A stretch of DNA of 64,000 bases from Tagaea sp. (GTDB lineage Bacteria; Pseudomonadota; Alphaproteobacteria; CACIAM-22H2), in NCBI GenBank assembly GCA_965279525.1, contig CBDIIB010000005.1, forward strand, positions 1,312,001 through 1,376,000, written 5' to 3'. A program made the translations under genes and the position numbers. Each line of letters begins with the position of its first letter. The first letter of the stretch is position 1. The notes under the pieces were generated by a model. The model worked only from the letters and a program-made list of their open reading frames with translations. It searched no databases and was not told the DNA's origin. Positions 40,837 through 50,214 of the stretch are shown here, in pieces.

Positions 40837-41634
40837 TCAGCTCCCGCCCGGTGCATCGCGACGCGGATCGGCTGGAACACCGATGCGCCCGATACCGGGC
40901 GCCTTCACGGCAAGACCCAGCGGATCGATGCCGAAGGTGAGGCCGGCAAGGTTGAGCTCGAACCCTTCCTGGGTCGCAAGCGACATGCCGAACAGGCCCC
41001 AGAGCGAGAACTGGTAGCCCGTCCCGCTCGGCATGGCGGCCGCGAATGTGCTCCCACCCAGATAGTCCTTGCCGATCGCCGTCGACGGCAGGTCGAGGCG
41101 CAGCTCGGGTGCCGCCCGCGCCACCATCGCGGTGAAGGTGTTCGAGTTCGGGCCGGGCCACAGCGTGTAGGTCCGGCGATAGGGATAGGCTTCCGCCGCC
41201 TGAACGATCCGCGCGATGACCGCATCCACGCCGTCGCCCTCGAGATGCGCGTAGAGCTCCGGCTCGGCGCCGAACCAGCGCCGGTCGGGCTGGCCACCCG
41301 AAATGGCGAGCGCGTCGCCACCGCGCAGCGCGCGCCAGCCGATGATCTGGTAGGTCGTCCAGTCCGGCGCGTTCGCCGGCTTGACCGCGACCCAGGTATG
41401 GACACCGAAGGCCCCGCGCCAGCTTACGGCGCGCGCACCATAGACCTGCACGACCGCCTGCGGCGTCGTGGCGGGATCGGGCGCAAGGCCGATTGGTTCG
41501 CGGCTTGCCATGCGCCAGTCCGCGCGTGCGGCCTGCCCGCATGCGGCGACGAGTGCGGGGCCGGCGAGCAGGACGCCAAGAACGAAGCCGGTGCGCTTGA
41601 CGTAACCGTAAAGGCGGTGGAGCAAGGGGGGCAT
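40837..41634 (-). CDS. DUF3750 family protein
   Basis: WRMASRE..GLAPDP, WRGAFGVHTW, WPGPNSNTF, AIGKDY; start uncertain. Confidence 0.75.
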   Translation of the reverse strand: MPPLLHRLYGYVKRTGFVLGVLLAGPALVAACGQAARADWRMASREPIGLAPDPATTPQAVVQVYGARAVSWRGAFGVHTWVAVKPANAPDWTTYQIIGWRALRGGDALAISGGQPDRRWFGAEPELYAHLEGDGVDAVIARIVQAAEAYPYRRTYTLWPGPNSNTFTAMVARAAPELRLDLPSTAIGKDYLGGSTFAAAMPSGTGYQFSLWGLFGMSLATQEGFELNLAGLTFGIDPLGLAVKAPGIGRIGVPADPRRDAPGGS

Positions 41635-41680
41635 ATCGAAGAGTTAGCGATCCGGCAGGGCCGGCGCAAGGTGCCGGCCG

Positions 41681-42376
41681 TCAGATTGTCATGTGGCGAC
41701 GGACGGCCTCGTGGTCGAGGTCGGCCGAAGCGCCCGCCATGACGACCTCACCGCGGTCGAGGACGACCATGTCGTCGGCAAGTTCGCGGGCAAAATCGAA
41801 ATACTGCTCGACCAGCACGATCGCCATGCCGCCGCGATCGCGCAGCAACGCGATCGTGCGGCCGATATCCTTGATGATCGAGGGCTGGATGCCCTCGGTC
41901 GGCTCGTCGAGCACCAGCAGGCGCGGGCGCATGACAAGGGCACGCGCGATGGCGAGCTGCTGCTGCTGGCCGCCCGAAAGGTCGCCGCCGCGCCGGCCGA
42001 GCATGTCCTTCAGCACAGGAAACAGGTCGTAGATCTCCGTGTTCATCGACCGGGACTTGCGCGGCAGGGCCGACAGGCCGGTGCGCAGGTTCTCCTCGAC
42101 CGTCAGCAGCGGAAAAATCTCGCGGCCCTGCGGCACATAGGCGATGCCCAGGCGCGCGCGCTCGAAGGCGGGCTGTGCGGCGATGTCGGTCCCGTCGAAC
42201 TCGACCTTGCCCTTCGCGACGGGACTGCGGCCCACGATCGCGCGCATCAGCGAGGTCTTGCCCACGCCGTTGCGCCCCAGCACGCAGGTGATGCGCCCGG
42301 GTCTGGCCGCCAGCGACACGCCGCGAAGTGCTTGCGAAGCGCCGTAGAAGAGATCGACCTTTTCGACGTTCAGCAT
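41681..42376 (-). CDS. urtE: Urea ABC transporter ATP-binding subunit
   Basis: GRNGVGKT, VPQGREIF, LSGGQQQQLAI, LDEPTEGIQP. Confidence 0.93.
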   Translation of the reverse strand: MLNVEKVDLFYGASQALRGVSLAARPGRITCVLGRNGVGKTSLMRAIVGRSPVAKGKVEFDGTDIAAQPAFERARLGIAYVPQGREIFPLLTVEENLRTGLSALPRKSRSMNTEIYDLFPVLKDMLGRRGGDLSGGQQQQLAIARALVMRPRLLVLDEPTEGIQPSIIKDIGRTIALLRDRGGMAIVLVEQYFDFARELADDMVVLDRGEVVMAGASADLDHEAVRRHMTI

Positions 42377-42380
42377 GGCA

Positions 42381-43139
42381 TCACCGTCCCAGATAGACTT
42401 CGACGACGCGTTCGTCGGCACTGACCTGGTCGATGGTGCCCTCCGCCAGCACCGATCCTTCGTGCAGGACCGTGACCTTGACGCCGAGCTCGCGCACGAA
42501 GGCCATGTCATGCTCGACGACCACGACCGAATGCGTACGGTTGATGCGCTTCAGGAGTTCGGCCGTCTCGAACGTCTCGGCATCGGTCATCCCGGCGACG
42601 GGCTCGTCGACAAGCAGCAGGGCCGGGTCCTGCGCCAGCAGCATGCCGATCTCCAGCCACTGCTTCTGGCCGTGCGACAGGCCACCGGCCGGCGACTTGC
42701 GCTGGGCGTCGAGCTTGACGGTGGCGAGCAGTTCGTCAATCTGCGCCTTTTCCTCGGCCGATCGGCGCGCGGTCAGCGTGGGCAGCACGCCGCGCGGCGC
42801 CTTCAGGGCCAGGCGCAGATTGTCCTCGACCGTATGGCTCTCGAACACGGTCGGCTTCTGGAACTTGCGCCCGATGCCCAGCTCCGCGATCGCCGCCTCG
42901 TCGAGCTTGGTAAGGTCGAACTCGCCGCCGTCGAACAGCACGTCGCCGCTGTCGGGCCGCGTCTTGCCGGTGATGACATCCATCATCGTCGTCTTGCCGG
43001 CCCCGTTGGGACCGACGATGGCCCGCATCTCGCCGGGGGCGATCAGCAGGGCAAGCTGGTTGAGCGCCTTGAACCCGTCGAACGAGACGTTGACGCCGTC
43101 GAGATAGAGCAGCGCGTCGGTCGTCTTCCGGCCGTTCAT
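42381..43139 (-). CDS. urtD: Urea ABC transporter ATP-binding subunit
   Basis: SFDGFKALN, GPNGAGKT, GRKFQKP, LSHGQKQWLEIGM. Confidence 0.93.
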   Translation of the reverse strand: MNGRKTTDALLYLDGVNVSFDGFKALNQLALLIAPGEMRAIVGPNGAGKTTMMDVITGKTRPDSGDVLFDGGEFDLTKLDEAAIAELGIGRKFQKPTVFESHTVEDNLRLALKAPRGVLPTLTARRSAEEKAQIDELLATVKLDAQRKSPAGGLSHGQKQWLEIGMLLAQDPALLLVDEPVAGMTDAETFETAELLKRINRTHSVVVVEHDMAFVRELGVKVTVLHEGSVLAEGTIDQVSADERVVEVYLGR

Positions 43140-44239
43140 GGCTTGCTCCGCCGGGCGGAGAACCAGGCGCCGAGCGTGCCGACGATGCCTTTGGGCAGGA
43201 ACAGCGTGACGAGGATGAAGAGTGCGCCCAGCGCGAACAGCCACAGCGTGGGCAGGGCACCGGTCAGCCACGTCTTCGACGCGTTGACGAGGACCGCACC
43301 CAGGGCCGCACCGGTCAGCGTGCCGCGCCCGCCGACCGCGACCCAGATGACCGCCTCGATCGAGTTGGCGGGCGAGAACTCGGACGGGTTGATGATGCCG
43401 ACCTGCGGCACGTACAAGGCACCCGCGATGCCGGCCATGACGGCCGAGACGACGAACACGAACAGCTTGAAACGTTCGACCCGGTAGCCCAGGAACCTCG
43501 TGCGCGTCTCGGCATCGCGCACCGCGATCAGCACGAGCCCCAGCTTCGACGTGACGATCGTCTTGGCGATCGCGAAGCCGCCCAGCAGGGCCAATGCGGA
43601 AAGCGAGAACAGCACGGCGCGCGTGGACTGCGCCTGGACGGAGAAGCCGAGCAGGTCCTTGAAATCGGTCAGGCCGTTGTTGCCGCCGAAGCCCATGTCG
43701 TTGCGGAAGAAGGCGAGCTGCAGCGCATAGGTCACGGCCTGCGTGATGATCGAGAGGTAGACGCCCGTGACGCGGCTGCGGAAGGCGAACCAGCCGAGCA
43801 CGAAGGCGAGCAGGCCCGGCACGAACATCGCCATCACCATGGCGTAGCCGAACCAGTCGAAGAAATACCAGGCGTAGGGGAGTTCCTTCCAGTTGAGGAA
43901 CACCATGAAATCGGGAAGCATCGCGTTGCCGTAGACGCCGCGCGAGCCGATCGTGCGCATCAGGTACATGCCCATCGCGTAGCCGCCCAGCGCGAAGAAG
44001 GCGCCGTGGCCCAGCGACAGGATCCCGCAATAGCCCCAGACGAGGTCGAGCGACAGCGCCAGCAGCGCGTAGGTCATCCACTTGCCGTAGAGCACGACGC
44101 TCGCGTTCGACACGTGGAAGACCGATCCCGGCGGGAAAGCGAGGTTGGCGAGCGGGACCAGAACGCACAACGCCACCACGACGGCGACGAAGATACGCTC
44201 GGAGACGCCGAGCCGGCCGGCGAGGCGCTGCACGATCAC
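43136..44239 (-). CDS. urtC: Urea ABC transporter permease
   Basis: WGYCGILSLGHG, LPDFM, GGNNGLTDF, VAVGGRGTL; GTG start overlaps urtB stop. Confidence 0.92.
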   Translation of the reverse strand: MIVQRLAGRLGVSERIFVAVVVALCVLVPLANLAFPPGSVFHVSNASVVLYGKWMTYALLALSLDLVWGYCGILSLGHGAFFALGGYAMGMYLMRTIGSRGVYGNAMLPDFMVFLNWKELPYAWYFFDWFGYAMVMAMFVPGLLAFVLGWFAFRSRVTGVYLSIITQAVTYALQLAFFRNDMGFGGNNGLTDFKDLLGFSVQAQSTRAVLFSLSALALLGGFAIAKTIVTSKLGLVLIAVRDAETRTRFLGYRVERFKLFVFVVSAVMAGIAGALYVPQVGIINPSEFSPANSIEAVIWVAVGGRGTLTGAALGAVLVNASKTWLTGALPTLWLFALGALFILVTLFLPKGIVGTLGAWFSARRSKP

Positions 44240-45849
44240 GATTCGGCCGTCCGGCCCTTTTGCGCGAACAGGCCGCGCGGGCGCTTCTGGATGAACAGGA
44301 TGATGAAAACGAGGATCGCGATCTTGCCCAGCACCGCACCGGCGACCGGCTCGAGCAGCTTGTTGGCGACACCCAGCGACAGGGCGGCGACGAGCGTGCC
44401 CCACAGACTGCCCACACCGCCGAACACGACGACCATGAAGCTGTCGATGATGTAGCCCTGCCCGAGATTGGGCGAGACGTTGTCGATCTGCGACAGCGCC
44501 ACGCCCGCGATCCCGGCGATCCCGGAACCCAGGCCGAAGGTCAGCGCGTCGATCCAGTTCGTCCGGATGCCAACCGAGCCCGCCATCGCGCGGTTCTGCA
44601 CGACCGCGCGCATGCGCAGGCCGAAATCGGTGTAGCGGATGACGAACAGCAGGATAGCGAAGACGGCGATCGTGAACACCACGATCCACAGCCGGCTCCA
44701 GGTCAGCGCGATGCCGAACAGGTCGAACGACCCGGTCATGAAGGAGGGGTTGCCGACTTCGCGGTTGGACGAGCCGAAGATCGTGCGGACCGCCTGCTGG
44801 AGGACGAGCGAGACGCCCCAGGTGGCGAGCAGTGTTTCGAGCGGGCGGCCGTAGAGATAGCGGATGATCGTGCGCTCGATGGCGATGCCCACGCTGCCCG
44901 AGACGATGAAGGCCAGCGGAAGCGCGAACAGCAGCGACCAGTCGAACAGCGAGGGCGCGTGGGCGCGCAGCACTTCCTGCACGGCGAAGGTCGTGTAGGC
45001 GCCGAGCATGACCATCTCGCCATGCGCCATGTTGATGATGCCCATCACGCCGAAGGTGATGGCAAGGCCGATCGCCGCTAGCAGCAGCACCGAGCCCAGC
45101 GACAGGCCGAAGAACAGGTTCTGGATGCCGCTCAGGATCGCGAGATGCTGCTCGACGCCGGCGGCCGCACGCTCGGCGCGCGCACGCAACGCCGCAGGCG
45201 CATCGGCGGGAATGGCGCGCAGCAGGACCAGCGCGTCGCGTCCGCCGCGCTCGGCCAGCGTGTCGATCGCCGCAAGGCGAACGGATTCGGGCTGGGTCGC
45301 GTCGACGATGCGCAGTGCGGCGAGGGCCGCGGTGATCGCGGTTGCCACGCGCGGATCGCGTTCGCGCCCCAATGCGGCTTCAAGGGCCGGTGCCTGCGTG
45401 GCGTCGCGCGACTGCATGATCGCCGCCGCGGCGGCACGTCGCTGGGCGGGATCGGCGGCGTTGAGGCGCAGCACGCCGAGGGCGGCCGCGATGGTCTGGC
45501 GGACCGGGTTGTTGACGCGCACGCGGCGCAGGCCGGCGGCATCCGAATCGGGCTCGGGCTTGCCGGTTTCGGCCGCGCGCGTGCTGCCGTCGGTGCCTAC
45601 GACGTATAGCCGCCGGTCGGACGGGCGCCAGGCGAGCTTGCCGTCGGCAAGGGCTTCGACGATCTCGAGCGACATCGGATGGCCGCTACGCGCGATCTCT
45701 TCGACGGCGCGTGCGGTATCAGGAAAGCGGTCGGTCGCGAAACGCGCGAGCGTCTCGTCGATCGCCTGGGCGCGGACCGAAGGCACGGCGCACAGGAAGG
45801 CGACCAGGACAAGGGCGATCGCCGCAATGAAATTCGGGAGTCTGTTCAC
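44236..45849 (-). CDS. urtB: Urea ABC transporter permease with N-terminal periplasmic domain
   Basis: GLAITFGVMGIINMAHGE, RPLETLLATWG, DSFMVVVFGG; start approximate. Confidence 0.92.
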   Translation of the reverse strand: MNRLPNFIAAIALVLVAFLCAVPSVRAQAIDETLARFATDRFPDTARAVEEIARSGHPMSLEIVEALADGKLAWRPSDRRLYVVGTDGSTRAAETGKPEPDSDAAGLRRVRVNNPVRQTIAAALGVLRLNAADPAQRRAAAAAIMQSRDATQAPALEAALGRERDPRVATAITAALAALRIVDATQPESVRLAAIDTLAERGGRDALVLLRAIPADAPAALRARAERAAAGVEQHLAILSGIQNLFFGLSLGSVLLLAAIGLAITFGVMGIINMAHGEMVMLGAYTTFAVQEVLRAHAPSLFDWSLLFALPLAFIVSGSVGIAIERTIIRYLYGRPLETLLATWGVSLVLQQAVRTIFGSSNREVGNPSFMTGSFDLFGIALTWSRLWIVVFTIAVFAILLFVIRYTDFGLRMRAVVQNRAMAGSVGIRTNWIDALTFGLGSGIAGIAGVALSQIDNVSPNLGQGYIIDSFMVVVFGGVGSLWGTLVAALSLGVANKLLEPVAGAVLGKIAILVFIILFIQKRPRGLFAQKGRTAES

Positions 45850-45858
45850 GCTGAGGGT

Positions 45859-45888
45859 CGACCGGATGCCCTGAAGGGCATCCGGTCG
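45859..45888. terminator. Perfect 14-bp inverted repeat between urtA and urtB (mRNA stabiliser or partial terminator)
   Basis: CGACCGGATGCCCT-GA-AGGGCATCCGGTCG. Confidence 0.65.
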
Positions 45889-45917
45889 CTCCATCTAGAC
45901 GGTCGGGATGTGACGGC

Positions 45918-47213
45918 TCAGACCTTGCCGCCGCACTTGCCGGCCTTGACGTTGAAGTTGCCGCACGACATCGGCTTGCGCCAGTCGGCGATCAGGTCCT
46001 TCGAGCCTTCGAGATAATCCGACCACTCGTCGCCGACCACGAGGCCCGAAGTCTGCCACACGGTGTTGATCTGGCCATCGGCCTGGATCTCGCCGATCAG
46101 CACGGGCTTGGTGATGTGGTGGTTGGGCATCATCGTCGAGAGGCCGCCGGTGAGGTTCGGCACCGAAACGCCGATCATCGCGTCGATCACGGCTTCGGCG
46201 TCGAACGTGCCGGCCTTCTCGACTGCCTTGACCCACATGTTGAAGCCGATGACGTGGGCTTCCATCGGGTCATTCGTGACGCGCTTCGGGTTCTTGATGA
46301 AGGTCTGCCACTTCTTGATGAATTCCTTGTTCTCGGGCGCGTCGACCGACATGAAGTAGTTCCAGGCGGCGAGGTGGCCGACCAGCGGCTTCGTGTCGAT
46401 GCCGGCGAGCTCTTCTTCACCGACCGAGAAGGCGACGACGGGGATGTCCTTGGCGGCAACGCCCTGGTTGCCCAGTTCCTTGTAGAACGGCACGTTCGCG
46501 TCGCCGTTGATCGTCGACACGACGGCCGTCTTCTTGCCCGCGCCGCCGAAGGCCTTGATCTGGCGGACGATCGTCTGCCAGTCGGAATGGCCGAACGGCG
46601 TGTAGTTGATCAGGATGTCTTCCTGCTTGACCCCCTTGAGCTTCAGGTAGGCCTCGAGGATGCGGTTGGTCGTGCGCGGATAGACATAGTCGGTGCCCGC
46701 GAGCACCCAGCGCTGCACCTTCTCCGACTCCATCAGGTAGTCGACGGCCGGGATCGCCTGCTGGTTGGGGGCGGCACCCGTGTAGAACACGTTCTTCGAG
46801 CTTTCCTCGCCCTCGTACTGGACGGGGTAGAAGAGGATCGAGTTCAGTTCCTCGAACACCGGCAGCACCGACTTGCGCGACACCGACGTCCAGCAGCCGA
46901 AGGTCGCGGCGCACTTCTGGGCGGTGATGAGCTCGCGCGCCTTTTCGGCGAACAGCGGCCAGTTCGAGGCCGGATCGACGACAGCGGCTTCGAGCTTGCG
47001 GCCCAGGATGCCGCCCTTCTTGTTCTGCTCCTCGATGAGCATCAGCATGACGTCCTTGAGCGTCGTCTCCGAGATCGCCATCGTGCCCGACAGCGAGTGG
47101 AGGATGCCGACCTTGACCGGCGCGCCCTGCGCGCGGATCGACGGTGCGGCGAGCGTCACGCCAGCGGCGACGGCGGCGGTGGTTCCAAGGAAGCGGCGAC
47201 GTGAAAACTGCAT
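45918..47213 (-). CDS. urtA: Urea ABC transporter substrate-binding protein (Tat signal)
   Basis: SRRRFL Tat motif; GILHSLSGTMAISE, WTSVSRK, YPVQYEG, GAAPNQQ, DYVYP. Confidence 0.95.
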   Translation of the reverse strand: MQFSRRRFLGTTAAVAAGVTLAAPSIRAQGAPVKVGILHSLSGTMAISETTLKDVMLMLIEEQNKKGGILGRKLEAAVVDPASNWPLFAEKARELITAQKCAATFGCWTSVSRKSVLPVFEELNSILFYPVQYEGEESSKNVFYTGAAPNQQAIPAVDYLMESEKVQRWVLAGTDYVYPRTTNRILEAYLKLKGVKQEDILINYTPFGHSDWQTIVRQIKAFGGAGKKTAVVSTINGDANVPFYKELGNQGVAAKDIPVVAFSVGEEELAGIDTKPLVGHLAAWNYFMSVDAPENKEFIKKWQTFIKNPKRVTNDPMEAHVIGFNMWVKAVEKAGTFDAEAVIDAMIGVSVPNLTGGLSTMMPNHHITKPVLIGEIQADGQINTVWQTSGLVVGDEWSDYLEGSKDLIADWRKPMSCGNFNVKAGKCGGKV

Positions 47214-47273
47214 ATAAACCCCCCACTTAAGCGTATCGCGGGTCGCGATCGCGGTTGATCCCGCACCTGCGAA

Positions 47274-47289
47274 TGCAAGTTCAAGGCCG
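47274..47289 (-). promoter_or_regulatory. Sigma54 (-24/-12) promoter of the urt operon
   Basis: Minus strand CGGCCT-TGAAC-TTGCA (GG-N10-GC), about 60 nt before urtA. Confidence 0.6.
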
Positions 47290-47376
47290 AGCGATGCAGG
47301 TCTCCGGCCGGCCGGGCGATTCGTCCGACTTCGCGCCCGGATTGCATGCAGGAAGGCGTGCGGCGGCGAGCAATCC

Positions 47377-47391
47377 GCCTAATAAACAGGC
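47377..47391. promoter_or_regulatory. NtrC-like enhancer site
   Basis: Palindrome GCCT-AATAAAC-AGGC (GC-N11-GC with AT-rich core) about 90 nt upstream of the sigma54 site. Confidence 0.5.
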
Positions 47392-47502
47392 TGAACGGAC
47401 TCGAATTAGCCAATGCGTACCGGCCGCCGGCTTTCCGGATCGCGCGATTCGGCTATGTTGGGCCTATCGACGATGCGAAGCACGAGCCTTGGGAGCGAAA
47501 CG

Positions 47503-48993
47503 ATGCCGGCGACCGTCCTGACCGCGATGGTGATGCACGAAACGAACACGTTCAGCGTCCGCAGGACGCCGATCGAGGCCTTCGAGGCCTATATGCTGAC
47601 GCGCGACAACGGGGTCGCCGCGTCGTTCAAGGGGACGCGCACGGGGCTAGGGGCATCGTTCGACGCGGCAGCCCGCTACGGCTGGACGCTGCGCCACCCG
47701 ATCGCCGCGTCGGCCACGCCGTCGGGCGTGGTCACGCGCGCGGCATTCGAGACGATCCTCGCACCCATCCTTGCCGCCGCCGCCGGGTGCGACGGGGCGC
47801 TGCTGTTCCTGCATGGCGCGATGGTGCTCGAGGACGAGGACGACGGCGAAGGCGAACTGCTCGAACGCCTGCGCGCGAAGATCGGCCTCGCACCCGTCGT
47901 CGCGATCCTCGACCTGCACGCCAATCTCACCGACCGCATGGCCGACAACGCGAATTCGCTGATCTCGTTCCGTACCTATCCGCATGTCGATGCGTACGAG
48001 CGCATGACGCAAGGGGCCGGCCTCCTCGACCGCGCGATGCGCGGCGAGATAAAGCCGGTGTGCGTGCGCGTCCAGCATCCGCAGCTCGAAGGCATCGACC
48101 ACGGCCGCACGGCCGGCGTGCCGGCCGACAGCCCGATGCTGAAGCTGCTTGCCGAGGCCGACGCGGCCGAAGCGGCCGGCGAAGCGCTGGTCGTGTCGCT
48201 GCAGGCCGGCTTCAGCATGGCCGACATCAAGGACGTGGGCCCGTCGGTCGCGGTCACGGCCGACGGCGACAGGGCCGCGGGCCTCAAGGTCGCCGCACGC
48301 TTCGCGCAAGGCGTGTGGGACACGCGCGAATACGATTCGCTGAAGAAGCTGCTGATGCCGGTCGGTGAAGCGGTCGCGCGCGCGAAGGCGGGCGAAGGTG
48401 CCGCAAAGCAGCCCGTCGTGATCGCCGACTATGCCGACAATCCCGGCGGCGGCGCCTACATGGACTCGACCGTGCTGCTGCGCGCGATGCTCGATGCCGG
48501 GCTGTCGGACGCGGCCTATCACGCGATCCTCGATCCGAAAGCCGTGCAGGCGGGACTGGCGGCGGGTCCCGGCAAGGAAATCACGATCGAACTTGGCGGG
48601 CACACCGATGCCGCGCGCGGCGGCCCGCCGCTGCGCGTGACCGGCCGCGTGACGTGCCTGACGGACGGCGGCTTCGTCGCGCGCGGGCCGATGGGCGGCG
48701 GCGTGCGCTACAGCCATGGCCCGTCGATGGTGCTGCGCGTCGGCGGTCTCGACGTCGTCGTCGTCAGCAACCCCACGCAGAGCAAGGAGCTCGAGCAGTT
48801 CGGCGCCATGGGCATCGATCCGCGCGCGATGAAGACGCTGGCCGTGAAATCGATGCAGCATTTCCGCGCGGCATTCGCGCCCATCGCGCGCGAGATTCTT
48901 GTCGTCGACAGCGGCGCGCTGTGCTCGCCGCTGCGCAAGTCGGCCGATTTCAATCAGGTACGCCGGCCGATGTGGCCGTTCGATCCGGTCTAG
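47503..48993 (+). CDS. M81 family metallopeptidase (MlrC-like)
   Basis: HETNTF, LHGAM, DLHAN, YPHVD, DNPGGG, KSMQHFRA. Confidence 0.9.
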   Translation: MPATVLTAMVMHETNTFSVRRTPIEAFEAYMLTRDNGVAASFKGTRTGLGASFDAAARYGWTLRHPIAASATPSGVVTRAAFETILAPILAAAAGCDGALLFLHGAMVLEDEDDGEGELLERLRAKIGLAPVVAILDLHANLTDRMADNANSLISFRTYPHVDAYERMTQGAGLLDRAMRGEIKPVCVRVQHPQLEGIDHGRTAGVPADSPMLKLLAEADAAEAAGEALVVSLQAGFSMADIKDVGPSVAVTADGDRAAGLKVAARFAQGVWDTREYDSLKKLLMPVGEAVARAKAGEGAAKQPVVIADYADNPGGGAYMDSTVLLRAMLDAGLSDAAYHAILDPKAVQAGLAAGPGKEITIELGGHTDAARGGPPLRVTGRVTCLTDGGFVARGPMGGGVRYSHGPSMVLRVGGLDVVVVSNPTQSKELEQFGAMGIDPRAMKTLAVKSMQHFRAAFAPIAREILVVDSGALCSPLRKSADFNQVRRPMWPFDPV

Positions 48994-50084
48994 CGCAGGA
49001 CCTTGTCGGCGAAGTCGAGATAGCGGTCCCAGTCGTATGCGGTCACGCCGTGGCCGCCGTCGCGCAGGTGATAGCCGGGCAGCGGCGTGCCGCGGCCGTA
49101 GAGCTCATATATAGGTGCTGCCGCCAGGGCCGCCTGGTGTTCGCCGGCCGGGCCGGCCCAGGAATCTTCGCGCGCACTCGCGACATAGACCGCACGCGGC
49201 GCACAGAGCCCGATCAGCAGATGCTGGTCGAAGGGCAGTTCGCTTTCGCGACCCGCGAAGGCGCGCAGCGGTTCGGCGAACCAATGCGGGAAGCGCTGGA
49301 ACAGGTCGCCGATCGTCTCGCCCGAAGCATGGCGGAACAGCTTCGCCCCGCCGGCTCCCGAGTTGTTGGCGACGACGAGGGCGATCCGCGGATCGAGGGC
49401 ACCCGCCCACAGCGCGGCCTTGCCGTGACGCGAATGTCCGATCGCGGCCGCGCGCGTCGGATCGATCAGTTCGAGGTCGGCAAGCCCGTCGAGCACGCGC
49501 GAGAAGGCCCAGGCCCACGCGGCGATGGCCCCGCCGAATCCGGCGGCACGCACCGGCCGGCTCAGCTCCGGATCGTCCGTGCAAAAGCTTCCGTCGTGCC
49601 AAGTCGCGACCCCATAGCCGCGCGCCAGGATCGTCGCCAGCGGCCAGCGCCCGGCATGCACGCCGCGCGTCCCATCCGTCGCGCGATTGGCGACCACGCC
49701 CCAGTCGGGCTCGGGGCGCATCCAGCCGGCATCCAGCGGAATGGCCGGATCCGGATCGACCGAAACGTTGCCGGCATAGTTCGGTCCGAAGAACAGTGGC
49801 GGGGGGCGGCGGGACGGCGGCGGCAGATAGAGGGAAACGGCGATCTCCTGCGGCAGGCCCGCGATTCCGGTCCTGAGCGCGATCTCGAAACGGGCCGACC
49901 GGGCGTCGAAGGCGGCAGCATGTCGCGCGCGGATTGCGGCCTGCACCTGCACCGTCTGCGGTACCGGACCATACATCGTCTGCCGGTAGATCGCGACGAG
50001 CGCCGGCCGGATGCGGTCTTCCCACGCTTCGCGCCCCGCACCAGCCAGCGGATCGGGCAGCACCGGAGTCGGCTGTATGCTCAT
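48990..50084 (-). CDS. CE15 glucuronoyl-esterase-like alpha/beta hydrolase, no signal peptide
   Basis: GAIAAWAWAFSR, nucleophile motif GHSRHGK, NNSGAGG, FPHWF, LPFDQH, GGHGVTAYDW. Confidence 0.85.
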   Translation of the reverse strand: MSIQPTPVLPDPLAGAGREAWEDRIRPALVAIYRQTMYGPVPQTVQVQAAIRARHAAAFDARSARFEIALRTGIAGLPQEIAVSLYLPPPSRRPPPLFFGPNYAGNVSVDPDPAIPLDAGWMRPEPDWGVVANRATDGTRGVHAGRWPLATILARGYGVATWHDGSFCTDDPELSRPVRAAGFGGAIAAWAWAFSRVLDGLADLELIDPTRAAAIGHSRHGKAALWAGALDPRIALVVANNSGAGGAKLFRHASGETIGDLFQRFPHWFAEPLRAFAGRESELPFDQHLLIGLCAPRAVYVASAREDSWAGPAGEHQAALAAAPIYELYGRGTPLPGYHLRDGGHGVTAYDWDRYLDFADKVLR

Positions 50085-50120
50085 GTTACGCGTGACATGC
50101 GGATTTTTCGGGCCCTGCGA

Positions 50121-50170
50121 TTGACAGCCTGAGGTCGCCTGTATCAGATACCGACACCTTATCAGAGGTG
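50121..50170 (+). promoter_or_regulatory. Promoter (TTGACA -35) overlapped by two palindromic TATCAGA-centred operator-like sites
   Basis: TTGACA at 50121; GTATC-A-GATAC at 50141-50151; CACCT-TATCAG-AGGTG at 50155-50170. Confidence 0.5.
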
Positions 50171-50214
50171 CCCGGGCGAACGCCCGCACCGCCAAGAATA
50201 GAACGGGGGAAACA

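Noticed and set aside
29418-41634. tRNA-Arg as the attachment site of an integrated island (accessory genes follow it)
   Set aside because: No integrase or transposase, no duplicate of the tRNA 3' end noticed downstream, and base composition looks unchanged
45850-45894. urtB start at 45894 as in the ORF track
   Set aside because: The extension runs through the 14-bp intergenic hairpin; a start near 45849 gives a normal signal-like N-terminus
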